A stretch of 39,968 nucleotides of DNA, taken from positions 1 through 39,968 of IMG/VR virus record IMGVR_UViG_3300011437_000014. One strand, given 5' to 3'. Source of the DNA: a virus. Lineage: Duplodnaviria; Caudoviricetes. Position 1 is the first letter of the stretch, and every line of letters begins with the position of its first letter. Shown here piece after piece: positions 1 to 8,724 of this stretch. The notes under the pieces are model-generated. The model worked only from the letters and a program-made list of their open reading frames with translations. It had not been told where the DNA came from and did no database searches. A program made the translations under genes and the position numbers.

Positions 1-1
1 A

Positions 2-1237
2 TTTGCTCAAGAAATTATTCAACTTCATGGAGGTATCGGTGCAGTAGGAGTTAGATTAGGAAAAGTAGGAAATACTATGAAGTCTCTCATGGCTTCAGTA
101 GACTTATCTGCTCCTTTCCGTCAAGGTATTGGATTAGTTCATAGGGGAGAATTCTGGGGTGCATTTAGAGATATGTTCTCTTATGCTACTTCTCATAACG
201 CGTTCGAGAATCTTAATAAATGGATAGAGGACAGGCCAAGTTATATTATTGGTAGGAAAGCAGGATTATTCTTAGCTGATACCGCGTTAGGAGCTAGAGA
301 AGAGGCTTTTTTATCATCCTATCTCCATGATTTAGCAGAAATGGGGCCAGTTGGAAAAGCTGTTACTACTCCATTTAGAGCATCTGAACGAGCTTATGTA
401 GGATTTTTAAATAAACTTCGTGCTGATACCTTTGATAACCTTTTAAAAGAGGCTATTAAAGCAGGTCATAATCCTGAGAAGATTGCTCCTGCTATTGCTA
501 AGTATGTTAATGTATCTACTGGTAGAGGTAATCTAGGCCGATTGGGTAAAGCGGGAGAAGAGTTAAATATGCTCTTTTTCTCACCCCGATTAATGAGTTC
601 TAGACTAACTGTTCTTAATCCTAAATACTATGTAGATGCACCTCCCTTTATTAGAAAAGAAGCTCTTAAAACTTTAGCTTCTATTGGTCTGTTTATCGGA
701 ACTGCGAATGGGATAGGTAAATATGCCTTCGGCGCGGAACAAGAATCAGACCCTCGTTCATCAGATTTCGGTAAGATGAAATTCGGTAATACTAGATTAG
801 ACCCAGGAGGGGGATTTTTACAGTATATTACTCTAGCTTCTAGAATAGCAGCGCAATCTACTAAAAGTTCTACATCAGATAGAGTAACTCCTTTTAACTC
901 TGGTCCTATGTCTCCTAATACTTGGTCTACTGTATTTGGTGATGCTAGGCGACAAGGATTTATTGAAACTAAATTAGCTCCTTTAGCTGGATTGATTGAT
1001 GCTACTTTAAGAGGTCAGGATTTTGAAGGTAAGCCTATTGAAATGAGTAAGGAGTTAATGAATAGATTTACACCTATTATCATTCAAGATGCTGTAGAAT
1101 TAGCAACGGAAAATCCTGAGCTTTTACCCTTATTAATTCCTACCGCATTTGGAATGGGTAGTCAAACTTATGAACCTAGACAAACTCAAAGACGGGGAGC
1201 TTTTAGAGCGCCTTCTATTGGAAGTATGAGACCCTAA
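2..1237 (+). CDS. C-terminal part of a large internal virion/ejection-type protein (LPD38-like C-terminus), 5'-truncated by the window
   Basis: The frame is open from base 2 through the ATG at 77 to TAA at 1237. Motifs such as 'DPRSSDFGK...RLDPGGG' and 'KLAPLAGLIDATLRGQDFEGKPI' resemble the C-termini of large podovirus polyvalent/ejection proteins (recognised by eye). Confidence 0.55.
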   Translation, partial: FAQEIIQLHGGIGAVGVRLGKVGNTMKSLMASVDLSAPFRQGIGLVHRGEFWGAFRDMFSYATSHNAFENLNKWIEDRPSYIIGRKAGLFLADTALGAREEAFLSSYLHDLAEMGPVGKAVTTPFRASERAYVGFLNKLRADTFDNLLKEAIKAGHNPEKIAPAIAKYVNVSTGRGNLGRLGKAGEELNMLFFSPRLMSSRLTVLNPKYYVDAPPFIRKEALKTLASIGLFIGTANGIGKYAFGAEQESDPRSSDFGKMKFGNTRLDPGGGFLQYITLASRIAAQSTKSSTSDRVTPFNSGPMSPNTWSTVFGDARRQGFIETKLAPLAGLIDATLRGQDFEGKPIEMSKELMNRFTPIIIQDAVELATENPELLPLLIPTAFGMGSQTYEPRQTQRRGAFRAPSIGSMRP

Positions 1238-1254
1238 CTTTAAGGAGAATTCTA

Positions 1255-1443
1255 ATGTCTAAGATGCTATATAGAATAATCATTGCTATAATTTGTGTAT
1301 TTTTATTGTTTGCTTTGTTACCTCCGATATTTGCATTAATCGGATTTAATCCCGATGCTAACTTAATTTTAATTCTTCGTATTTGTATTGCTGGTATTGC
1401 TATTCTATATATTATTAAAGGAGATAAGCCCCTTCCTTCCTAG
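1255..1443 (+). CDS. Small two-TM membrane protein (holin or exclusion candidate)
   Basis: AAGGAG RBS upstream; two hydrophobic segments separated by NPDAN; basic N-terminus. Confidence 0.6.
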   Translation: MSKMLYRIIIAIICVFLLFALLPPIFALIGFNPDANLILILRICIAGIAILYIIKGDKPLPS

Positions 1444-1452
1444 AGTATTAGT

Positions 1453-2205
1453 ATGCCCTCAATTCAAGAAGTAGAAAAGTATTGGGATGAGAGACCTTGT
1501 AATTTAAAACACTCATCTTCTCCTTTTTTAACTAAGAAATATTTTGATGAGGTAGAAAAGAGAAAATACTTTGTAGAATCTCACATACCTAAATTTGCTG
1601 AATTTCCTATTTGGAAGAATAAGAGAGTATTGGAGATAGGATGCGGAATAGGAACTGACGCGGTTAATTTTGCTAGGCATGGAGCTAGTTATACAGGTAT
1701 AGAATTATCTCCTTTCTCTTTATGGATTACTCAGGAAAGATTTAGAGTTTATGGACTTAAAGGTAGGTTAATAAGGGGTGACGCGGAAAATACTCTTCTT
1801 GATTATTTTGATTTAATTTATAGTTTTGGAGTAATTCATCATTCTCCTAATCCTCATATTATTATTCATAGAGTAAAAGAGATGATGCATCCTAATTCTA
1901 TATTTAAATTAATGCTCTACTCTAAATATTCTTATAAAAATTTCAGAATCAAGTTAGGTTTAGACCAGCCAGAAGCTCAGGAAAATTGCCCCATAGCTAA
2001 TACTTATTCTTATAAGGATATTAAAAATCTCCTGGGCGGCTTTAAGATTCTTGAGATTAAGAAAGACCATATCTTTAAATGGGATATAGAGTCCTATAAA
2101 AGATATGAATACCGGCATAATCTTATTAGTCAGGTTCCTGGATTTAAACAACTAGAAAAAGTAGCTGGTTGGCATACTCTTATTACTTGTTGTCTTAAGC
2201 CCTAA
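1453..2205 (+). CDS. Class I SAM-dependent methyltransferase (small-molecule/glycan type)
   Basis: Motif I VLEIGCGIGTD, acidic residue at the end of beta2 (GIELS), GDAE and FDLIYSFGVIHH. No DPPY/NPPY or PCQ DNA-MTase motif. Confidence 0.85.
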   Translation: MPSIQEVEKYWDERPCNLKHSSSPFLTKKYFDEVEKRKYFVESHIPKFAEFPIWKNKRVLEIGCGIGTDAVNFARHGASYTGIELSPFSLWITQERFRVYGLKGRLIRGDAENTLLDYFDLIYSFGVIHHSPNPHIIIHRVKEMMHPNSIFKLMLYSKYSYKNFRIKLGLDQPEAQENCPIANTYSYKDIKNLLGGFKILEIKKDHIFKWDIESYKRYEYRHNLISQVPGFKQLEKVAGWHTLITCCLKP

Positions 2206-2362
2206 GAACTACTAACACAATACTCATAGTATCAACTTTATCTGATGTAATTTCTTTAAGAGGAAAAGAAATTCTATTATCTGTAGTTATAAAGACAGCA
2301 TCATCTCCTTTTCCTTCTGAGATTAATTTTAACATTGCATTAGCTAATTCAGTTACAGTCAT
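2195..2362 (-). CDS. Hypothetical 55-aa protein (below the ORF-track cutoff)
   Basis: MTVTELANAMLKLISEGKGDD...; ATGA-coupled to the upstream ORF; overlaps the end of the convergent methyltransferase gene by 11 nt. Confidence 0.55.
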   Translation of the reverse strand: MTVTELANAMLKLISEGKGDDAVFITTDNRISFPLKEITSDKVDTMSIVLVVLRA

Positions 2363-3270
2363 TTTCTCATCCAGTCTTCAGGATTAGAGTTAATTTTATA
2401 ACACTGTTGACAAACTCCCTTTTCTCCTTCTTTAGTTTTAATAGGATAAGCTAATCCTTCACTATCTTTGCCACAAATGTCACATTTAAAAGTATAACTT
2501 AAAGGAGATTTAAATGGTCTTTGTTGGGATTGGGTCTGAGCTTTAAAAAGACTTTTTAAAATTTCATCAAAGATAGAATTAAAATCTTCATTTACGGTAT
2601 ACTTGACTTCATCATAAACTGTATAGTGTCCCTTAAATCCTTCATAAGTCTGACCCTCTTTTGTTTCTGCTCGAAATCCTCCTGCTCTTTCTTTTTTAGT
2701 TTTTTCTTGTCTAACTCTTTCTTGTTCTCTTTCATGTTTTTCTCTAGCTTGCCTTTCAGCAGTTCTTTTCTCTTCTTCAGCTTTCTTCTTTTTTAATTCT
2801 TCATAAAAAGGATTATTATCATAATCAAAACCACTCCAATTAAAAGGACTATCAAAAGGACTAGAGTATTGCCTAGGAGATTCTTTTTTAAAAATTGCAA
2901 TTCCTAATTCATTAGCTATAGTCTGTAAAGCTTCCCTTACTTTAGGATATTTATGATAAGCTATATGAGTTATTTTAACTCTCTTCTCTAAACAAAAAGA
3001 TTTATTAAGTTGATGTATTTTAATCTTAAATTCAGGATAATGTTCTTCAACTATATTTTTAATATATCTAAACATAAAATCTTCTTTTCTAGGATGATAA
3101 GGTCCATGATCCCATATAGGTATCCAATTCCCTGGCTTTTCTAAAGCTTTTTCAATTAAAATAACTGACATTAAATAAGTTCTACCAACCCTCTTATCTT
3201 TCCAAGAATCAGACATTAACCATTCAATTACTTCTTTACTATGTCTTTGAACAGGAGTTAATACTATCAT
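2359..3270 (-). CDS. Hypothetical protein with charged coiled coil and C-terminal CxxC...CxxC Zn ribbon
   Basis: GAGG RBS; 303 aa; E/K/R-rich helix; CDIC...CQQC. Confidence 0.65.
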   Translation of the reverse strand: MIVLTPVQRHSKEVIEWLMSDSWKDKRVGRTYLMSVILIEKALEKPGNWIPIWDHGPYHPRKEDFMFRYIKNIVEEHYPEFKIKIHQLNKSFCLEKRVKITHIAYHKYPKVREALQTIANELGIAIFKKESPRQYSSPFDSPFNWSGFDYDNNPFYEELKKKKAEEEKRTAERQAREKHEREQERVRQEKTKKERAGGFRAETKEGQTYEGFKGHYTVYDEVKYTVNEDFNSIFDEILKSLFKAQTQSQQRPFKSPLSYTFKCDICGKDSEGLAYPIKTKEGEKGVCQQCYKINSNPEDWMRK

Positions 3271-3284
3271 AAAACCTCAAGAAA

Positions 3285-3372
3285 TGGTGCGAGAGGAGGG
3301 AATCGAACCCTCACGACTTATTAGGTCAACGGATTTTAAGTCCGGTGCGTCTGCCAATTCCGCCACTCTCGC
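3285..3372 (-). tRNA. trnL-TAA: tRNA-Leu (anticodon UAA), CCA encoded
   Basis: Reverse complement is GCGAGAGTGGCGGAATTGGCAGACGCACCGGAC-TTAAAA-TCCG...GAGGGTTCGATTCCCTCCTCTCGCACCA. Acceptor stem GCGAGAG/CTCTCGC, D-loop GG, long variable arm, GTTCGA T-loop, discriminator A. Confidence 0.96.
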
Positions 3373-3379
3373 TGTTTAT

Positions 3380-3628
3380 TTATTCTGTTCTAGTCATCCA
3401 ATCCTCAGCTAACATATCTGTCTGAGATGCTAACCAGGGAACAATCTTATCATCTGCTGTTTTCATAGCAATAAATGGAAGATTAGGAATTACTGGTATA
3501 GAATTAATAGGAGATTTAGTAATTTGCCATCCTGTTACTAAGAAAAGATACATACCTTTTCCATTCCATCCGGAACGAAGAATTCTATTTCCTAAATTAA
3601 GTTGTTCTAACGCTTGTCCGTAATTCAT
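3380..3628 (-). CDS. tad2: DUF2829 / Tad2-like anti-defence (nucleotide-signal sponge) protein
   Basis: Hallmark motifs MNYGQAL..L..G..I.RSGWNGKGMYL and VPWLASQTDMLAEDW of DUF2829. Confidence 0.8.
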   Translation of the reverse strand: MNYGQALEQLNLGNRILRSGWNGKGMYLFLVTGWQITKSPINSIPVIPNLPFIAMKTADDKIVPWLASQTDMLAEDWMTRTE

Positions 3629-3795
3629 TTCTTAATCTCCATCAAAAGTCTTAAAAGTGACTTACCTAATTCAACCATCTCTTCAAAGCTTTCAGAATGT
3701 TTAACGTCAGATTTATCAGCAGCTAAAATTTTAGCTAAATTGTAAGGAATAGTGATGTTCTTAGGTTCTTTCTTAGCTACCTTCTTTTTACTCAT
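3625..3795 (-). CDS. Hypothetical 56-aa protein
   Basis: MSKKKVAKKEPKNITIPY...; GGAG RBS; ATGA overlaps at both ends. Confidence 0.55.
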   Translation of the reverse strand: MSKKKVAKKEPKNITIPYNLAKILAADKSDVKHSESFEEMVELGKSLLRLLMEIKK

Positions 3796-3935
3796 TTCTT
3801 TTCTCCTGGTTTATCTGTCTGTTCTAAAGCATCAAGAATTATTTTCTCATCTGCTAAAGATATATTTTGAATTTTAGGATTATCAGCCAATAATCTTAAA
3901 ATTATTCGACATAGAGCGGCTAGAATTGGGTTCAC
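3792..3935 (-). CDS. Hypothetical 47-aa protein (GTG start)
   Basis: Fills the gap exactly with GTGA/ATGA overlaps; MNPILAALCRIILRLLADNPK... Confidence 0.5.
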   Translation of the reverse strand: MNPILAALCRIILRLLADNPKIQNISLADEKIILDALEQTDKPGEKK

Positions 3936-5137
3936 TTCTTAAATCCCTCCACATAAGCTGCAACTTTAGGATTGTTCATGTTTAATCTGTAAGCTACTTC
4001 ACCTGCATGATTTTCAATATTCACAACTCCCATCTGCATTAGAAGAACAATTACTTTATCCAAGTCCTCATGGTCTAATCTTAATCCAAGCGCCTTAAGT
4101 ATTTCTTTTCTTCCTACTAATTCAGTAGACCGACTGGCTAAATAAATCAAAACTTCAGAACGCTTTTGAACATCAGAAGAATCTGTTTTCTTAAGTGCCG
4201 CGGTTAATCTCTTAGTTGGTATGATTAGAGGTAATGTAATCTCAAAACTTTCATCTATGTCTGCTCTAATCAATTTCTGGTCTGCTCTTCTACCACAAGA
4301 AATTAGCATCGCGTTCTTAACTACAAAGTCTAATACTCTTGATACGAATCCAGTCTCATCTGCCAACGCGGGCGCTTTATTTCTAACAAAATCTTGATAC
4401 CATAAATCTAAATAAACTCTATCTTCTTTATCCATCTGAAATGGCCCTTTCATCTCTGCTAAGGGCTTAACCATTTCAGCTAACTTATCTGCATTAGGAG
4501 ATTTATCGGGAGTGAACATCAGAGAATTAATAGTATTAGGCTTATTCTCTGCTATCATGAACATCCTACCGATTAATCCTCCATGAATATTCTTCTCTGG
4601 GACAAAATCCTTAAATAATGCTTCATTAGTAGCTGTTAACCAAGTAATAGTAGGACTAACTAAGTTATGAGATTCCCCTGCTTTTAACCTATAATCCCAT
4701 TTACCTTCGTTCCAAATCCGGTCAAAGAGGTCTGTAAAAATATCCATCGCGGATGGATTACTAATAATTGATGAACTAAGTTCTGACCCTATAACACATC
4801 CACATGAATCTTTAAGAGGTTCTTTTCCAGGTCTTGATTTAATCGTTCCTAGTTCTTTGATAATAGCTTCAATAGTAGCGCGCCCATTTATCAATTTAGT
4901 ATTATCTATTCGAGTGATAATTTTCCTAGCGAGAGCTATCGCCGGTCCCTTTCTTACTCCCGATGGACCATATAAAAGAACATAAATATTAGGATAAAGA
5001 TTATAGTTCCCTCCCATATCGAACCATACTTTATCCCTAAGAATTGCACTTATGGTGGCAAGTCCGCTCCAATAATAAAATCTTTGAGGTGCTTCATATT
5101 CTTTCGTTGTCTCTAATAATTCATCTAGGAAGGACAT
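3932..5137 (-). CDS. DUF3987/YfjI-like P-loop NTPase, putative replicative helicase, with C-terminal winged helix
   Basis: N-terminal 'EAPQRFYYWSGL', 'LYPNIYVLLYGPSGVRKG' Walker A, 'GGLIGRM' motif; lies downstream of the DNA polymerase gene. Confidence 0.75.
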   Translation of the reverse strand: MSFLDELLETTKEYEAPQRFYYWSGLATISAILRDKVWFDMGGNYNLYPNIYVLLYGPSGVRKGPAIALARKIITRIDNTKLINGRATIEAIIKELGTIKSRPGKEPLKDSCGCVIGSELSSSIISNPSAMDIFTDLFDRIWNEGKWDYRLKAGESHNLVSPTITWLTATNEALFKDFVPEKNIHGGLIGRMFMIAENKPNTINSLMFTPDKSPNADKLAEMVKPLAEMKGPFQMDKEDRVYLDLWYQDFVRNKAPALADETGFVSRVLDFVVKNAMLISCGRRADQKLIRADIDESFEITLPLIIPTKRLTAALKKTDSSDVQKRSEVLIYLASRSTELVGRKEILKALGLRLDHEDLDKVIVLLMQMGVVNIENHAGEVAYRLNMNNPKVAAYVEGFKK

Positions 5138-5395
5138 CTATTCCCTGGCAAGAAACATATCATACAGTCTAGTATCTGGAACAATACCTTCTTTATCTGC
5201 TATAAATTTTAAACATTCTTTAGCTGCTAAACAATAAGCATTACTAGGATTCATATCGTCACATTGCCCTTTTCGATATGTTTTCCAAATTTTATCTCTT
5301 AATTGTTTAGGTAAACTAAACCAATGTCTTCTACACATAAACATTTCAGGAGGAACATTTATCTTACAATTAGTTGCATGACAATGATGACTCAT
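5138..5395 (-). CDS. Small Cys/His Zn-binding phage protein
   Basis: HHCHATNC...MCRRHW..LP..LR pattern typical of a widespread phage hypothetical family. Confidence 0.7.
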   Translation of the reverse strand: MSHHCHATNCKINVPPEMFMCRRHWFSLPKQLRDKIWKTYRKGQCDDMNPSNAYCLAAKECLKFIADKEGIVPDTRLYDMFLARE

Positions 5396-5595
5396 GATGT
5401 CTTATCAGCATAAATTCTTTCTAAAACTTCAGCTTGCTTATCACTTAGAGAACCTTTTTGTCTTAACTGGAGACGAATATCAATTACAAATTTTCGTTCC
5501 CAATCTGATAACTTATGTCTTTTCTCCATGCACTTATCTATCCAACTCATATGGAGTTGATATTGCTCAACTTTGTCGGTGTTCATTCTGTTCAT
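5392..5595 (-). CDS. Hypothetical protein (LSxWExxF...LSxKQ family)
   Basis: Motifs LSDWERKFV and LSDKQAEVLERIY; coupled overlaps. Confidence 0.7.
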   Translation of the reverse strand: MNRMNTDKVEQYQLHMSWIDKCMEKRHKLSDWERKFVIDIRLQLRQKGSLSDKQAEVLERIYADKTS

Positions 5596-5756
5596 TTCTT
5601 ATAACACTTCTTACATTTAGGAATAATCTTACAAATCTCTCCAGTTACTACTATTACACTTAATCTCTGTTTAGGAGTAAGACATTCAGGATTCTTATGA
5701 ATCACTGTTCCTAAAGTAAATCTTCCATCTCTTTGTTTATGAATTGTGATGAACAT
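5592..5756 (-). CDS. Hypothetical 54-aa Cys/His protein
   Basis: TAATG coupling to the polymerase stop codon; MFITIHKQRDG...HKNPEC...CKKCYKK. Confidence 0.5.
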   Translation of the reverse strand: MFITIHKQRDGRFTLGTVIHKNPECLTPKQRLSVIVVTGEICKIIPKCKKCYKK

Positions 5757-8233
5757 TAAGCCACCTTCCTTCTAAACTTCTCAAGATTACAATAATCAAT
5801 TCCTATTTCCACATCACAAGGTATTATGAGAGGCCGTCTAGGAATGGAACATTCATCAAATAAGATAGGTTCCAGAAAATAGCTTTTAATTTCCTCCACA
5901 TCATCATATAGTGCCATCCTATCCGGTATTAGAAAGGTCAGCGCGTCATGAGATTCACATACTATCTTAATATGCCAGAGTTTCTTAAGAACTGATAATC
6001 CTGCTTTTTTCGTAGAGTCTGAAACAGTTTGCTGGGGAATAAACGCGTAGGCACCTTTCCATAAATCTCTAGTGTCCATCTCATCAAAGAAATATCTGGA
6101 AGCACCATAGGTTCCGTAAATTCGTCTATTTTTACGAAGTAACTCTTGAATAGTATGATGAAACACAGTTTGAATCTTAGGAGTGTCCGAGGCCAAAACT
6201 TTAAGGCACTCACCAGCTCTCCATTCAGATATGCGTATCGGGATTTTGTATTTGCGTGCGTCTGTATTAACATTTATCATCGCCTCTCTTTTTGTAATTC
6301 CTAAGTGATAGGCATGTCTTAATGTTTTACCAACAAAACGCTCAGGACACTCGAATCCGAGAATCTTTTTAGAATAACTCTCCTCTTTACCTCCAAAGAA
6401 TTTAGCGGCAGTGAGAGCATGTTTGTCTCCCGTATCATAACTACGTAAGGTTTCTTCGTCATCTGCCAATAATGAGCAAACTCTCGCTTCCGCCTGAGAC
6501 TTGTCAATGTTGACGATGACATATTTTGGGTCACTGATAAGAATTGAGCGTAAGTCTTGCCCAATATCTCCATGCTTGGATATAGTTTGGAAAGCCCAAC
6601 CCATTTGTTCTGGTCTAATAGGAGGTTCAAGGACATTTGTAGAAGTTCTAAAGTTTTCAGTTCCAGTTATTTTAAAATTAGTTTTCATTCGGCCATCATA
6701 ATCAGGTTCAGCCTGAAGATAGCCAATAGATTTATTAACTCTTCGCCATTCTAAAATAATTTCACAAGTTCTAATCTGGTCTGGTTTCTTTACTGTATTC
6801 CCTAGTAATGCGGTTATGATTTGTTCCCCTGTCCCATCACGGCGAGGAATCTTCATCTTATCATAGAGAAGTTCATCTACTTGTTGCCAACTACCTATAT
6901 TAATAGGCTCTTTATATCCATAATTTTTACAGATGTCAAATAATTCTACTTCTAATTTAATTAACCAATTAATATATTTATGAATAAGAGCTTTTCTCTC
7001 ATTAGTATCTTCTTTAAATCCTACATTATCAATATGTTTATAAAGAGCATGGGTTTCCATTCTGAATAGAGAACTCTTAAATTCTGGGTCTATTTCTTGT
7101 AAATCCTTTCGCTGAACGTCAAATAATTCTCGGGTAACACAAGCATCTTTGCAGTTATAGAGGAAAAAATCTTCGATTTTATCAACTTTAGGATTGAATT
7201 CCCGACCCTCGAATTTATAATATGGTTCGAGGGTATCAATAGATGTATTAAAAGCCAGACCTTTAGGCATCTCACTAGAACGACAGTGAGCGCCAAGCAT
7301 AGTATCCCAATACAATCTAAGATAGAATCCAAGACGATTAATTTTATCTTCGTCATATTTAAAATTATGTCCAATAAAATTAAATTTAGTATCTGCTAGG
7401 AAATCAGCTAACATCTTCCAAATATAAGCTAAATCTCCTGTAGGTATAGTAGAAATCTTAAGCTTATAACTTTCATTTCCCTTCTTACTCTTAGCTTCTA
7501 CTTCAATAGGTAATGTATTCCAAAGAGGGATACAAAATCCTTCATAACTATTAAAACTTAACCCGATACAAACTGGTATCCCTTTAATAGCTTCAATATC
7601 TAACGCGCAATAAGGACTATTTCTATGTCTTTCTAAATATCTATAAACATCTGCTGATGTGCCGGCAATATGTAATAAACGGTGAGGTAATCTAAACTCT
7701 CTAAATTCTGATTGTTCTACTGCTCTTTTGACATCAAACTTTCTAACATATTTCTGCCAACTTTTCCATTGTCCTTCACCTGCACCATGAAGTTCTGCAC
7801 CAGGATGCCAAGTGAATATTGCTTTTTTACCTAAACATTGAAGAATAGAGCCGCGCCAGACGTTAATTCCATTATTCTTTCCCGACTTACCTACCATAGA
7901 GTAAAGAACGGGTTCACCCAAACCGAGAATAACATTAGGAGATACAGCATTAATCTCATTTGTGAGGTCTGCCATCGCTTCTGCATGATTTAATCCTATC
8001 TCTTTAAATTTTTTATGTTCATTATTAGGAAGCTGATGTTTGAATACGTAAGTTGTATAACAGCTATCTAGTTCGACTCCTGCCTCTCTTAAATCTTTTC
8101 TTAGAATTGAATAGGCCGCATTTACGAAAGGCCGACCGGCTATTAGTTCGTCATCTTTTGGAGCTAAGTCTACAATAGCAATTTTCGCTCCGAGAGGACC
8201 AATTCCTTCTATTCTTTGGGAAAGTTCAGACAT
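5756..8233 (-). CDS. polA: Family A DNA polymerase with N-terminal uracil-DNA-glycosylase-like domain and 3'-5' exonuclease
   Basis: ExoI LDIE, ExoII GHNFKYD, ExoIII YNCKDA; motif A DKSQAEAR, motif B RFVGKTLRHAYHLG, motif C SHDAL. N-terminal 'GPLGAKIAIVDLAP...GRPFV...TWHP' resembles UDG family 4. Confidence 0.93.
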   Translation of the reverse strand: MSELSQRIEGIGPLGAKIAIVDLAPKDDELIAGRPFVNAAYSILRKDLREAGVELDSCYTTYVFKHQLPNNEHKKFKEIGLNHAEAMADLTNEINAVSPNVILGLGEPVLYSMVGKSGKNNGINVWRGSILQCLGKKAIFTWHPGAELHGAGEGQWKSWQKYVRKFDVKRAVEQSEFREFRLPHRLLHIAGTSADVYRYLERHRNSPYCALDIEAIKGIPVCIGLSFNSYEGFCIPLWNTLPIEVEAKSKKGNESYKLKISTIPTGDLAYIWKMLADFLADTKFNFIGHNFKYDEDKINRLGFYLRLYWDTMLGAHCRSSEMPKGLAFNTSIDTLEPYYKFEGREFNPKVDKIEDFFLYNCKDACVTRELFDVQRKDLQEIDPEFKSSLFRMETHALYKHIDNVGFKEDTNERKALIHKYINWLIKLEVELFDICKNYGYKEPINIGSWQQVDELLYDKMKIPRRDGTGEQIITALLGNTVKKPDQIRTCEIILEWRRVNKSIGYLQAEPDYDGRMKTNFKITGTENFRTSTNVLEPPIRPEQMGWAFQTISKHGDIGQDLRSILISDPKYVIVNIDKSQAEARVCSLLADDEETLRSYDTGDKHALTAAKFFGGKEESYSKKILGFECPERFVGKTLRHAYHLGITKREAMINVNTDARKYKIPIRISEWRAGECLKVLASDTPKIQTVFHHTIQELLRKNRRIYGTYGASRYFFDEMDTRDLWKGAYAFIPQQTVSDSTKKAGLSVLKKLWHIKIVCESHDALTFLIPDRMALYDDVEEIKSYFLEPILFDECSIPRRPLIIPCDVEIGIDYCNLEKFRRKVA

Positions 8234-8514
8234 TACTCATCATCCCCATTCTTAATGGTTCTAAGAATAGTTAAAGCTTCCTCTCTAGTTTTAAGCCTAA
8301 GGTCTGGGTTAGTTTTTATTGCTCTTGCTAGATGAATAGCCTCAGAAACTGCTCCAATAGATAGTCCTAATTTTTGAGCAGTATCAGAAACTTTCCATTT
8401 ATCATTACGTTTTCCTGATTTATCTTTTCCTTTAGTTGTATGATAATCTAAAATAAATCGGGCGCGTTCATACCAACGTCTTTCTTCGCGTATCTTTCTT
8501 ATGTCATCACTCAA
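8233..8514 (-). CDS. HTH DNA-binding protein (ParB-type HTH half)
   Basis: WKVSDTAQKLGLSIGAVSEAIHLA helix-turn-helix; TAATG-coupled to the polymerase gene. Confidence 0.7.
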   Translation of the reverse strand: MSDDIRKIREERRWYERARFILDYHTTKGKDKSGKRNDKWKVSDTAQKLGLSIGAVSEAIHLARAIKTNPDLRLKTREEALTILRTIKNGDDE

Positions 8515-8539
8515 CCTTTTCCTCTTTTCCAGATTAGAG

Positions 8540-8603
8540 GCAAAAAGAACATGACTAGCCTAGTAGTGTGTAATCTGAAGAGAATACTCTTTCTAGGCTA
8601 GTC
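8540..8603 (-). terminator. Hairpin with U-rich tail, possible terminator or processing stem
   Basis: GACTAGCCTAG (8553-8563) and CTAGGCTAGTC (8593-8603) form a perfect 11-bp inverted repeat, followed on the minus strand by ATGTTCTTTTTG. Confidence 0.45.
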
Positions 8604-8722
8604 CTTACCCTCTTTTGCTAGCACTATTGAATCCGCTCCCTCGCCAGTTTTATTAGCACCCATATGGTTATGCTAATTAGCTGCTTACACGGTTAAGATT
8701 CGGCCAGTATATAGAGAGTAAA
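8604..8722 (-). ncRNA. Candidate rod-like structured ncRNA (~120 nt)
   Basis: Nested stems UUACUCUCU/AGAGGGUAA, CUGGC/GCUAG, GAAUC/GAUUC, CAG/CUG and AUUAGCA/UGCUAAU in a GC-enriched gap without an ORF. Confidence 0.45.
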
Positions 8723-8724
8723 CT

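Noticed and set aside
3285-3372. tRNA as a prophage attachment site
   Set aside because: No integrase, no duplicated tRNA 3' end and no host genes; the tRNA sits inside the phage operon.
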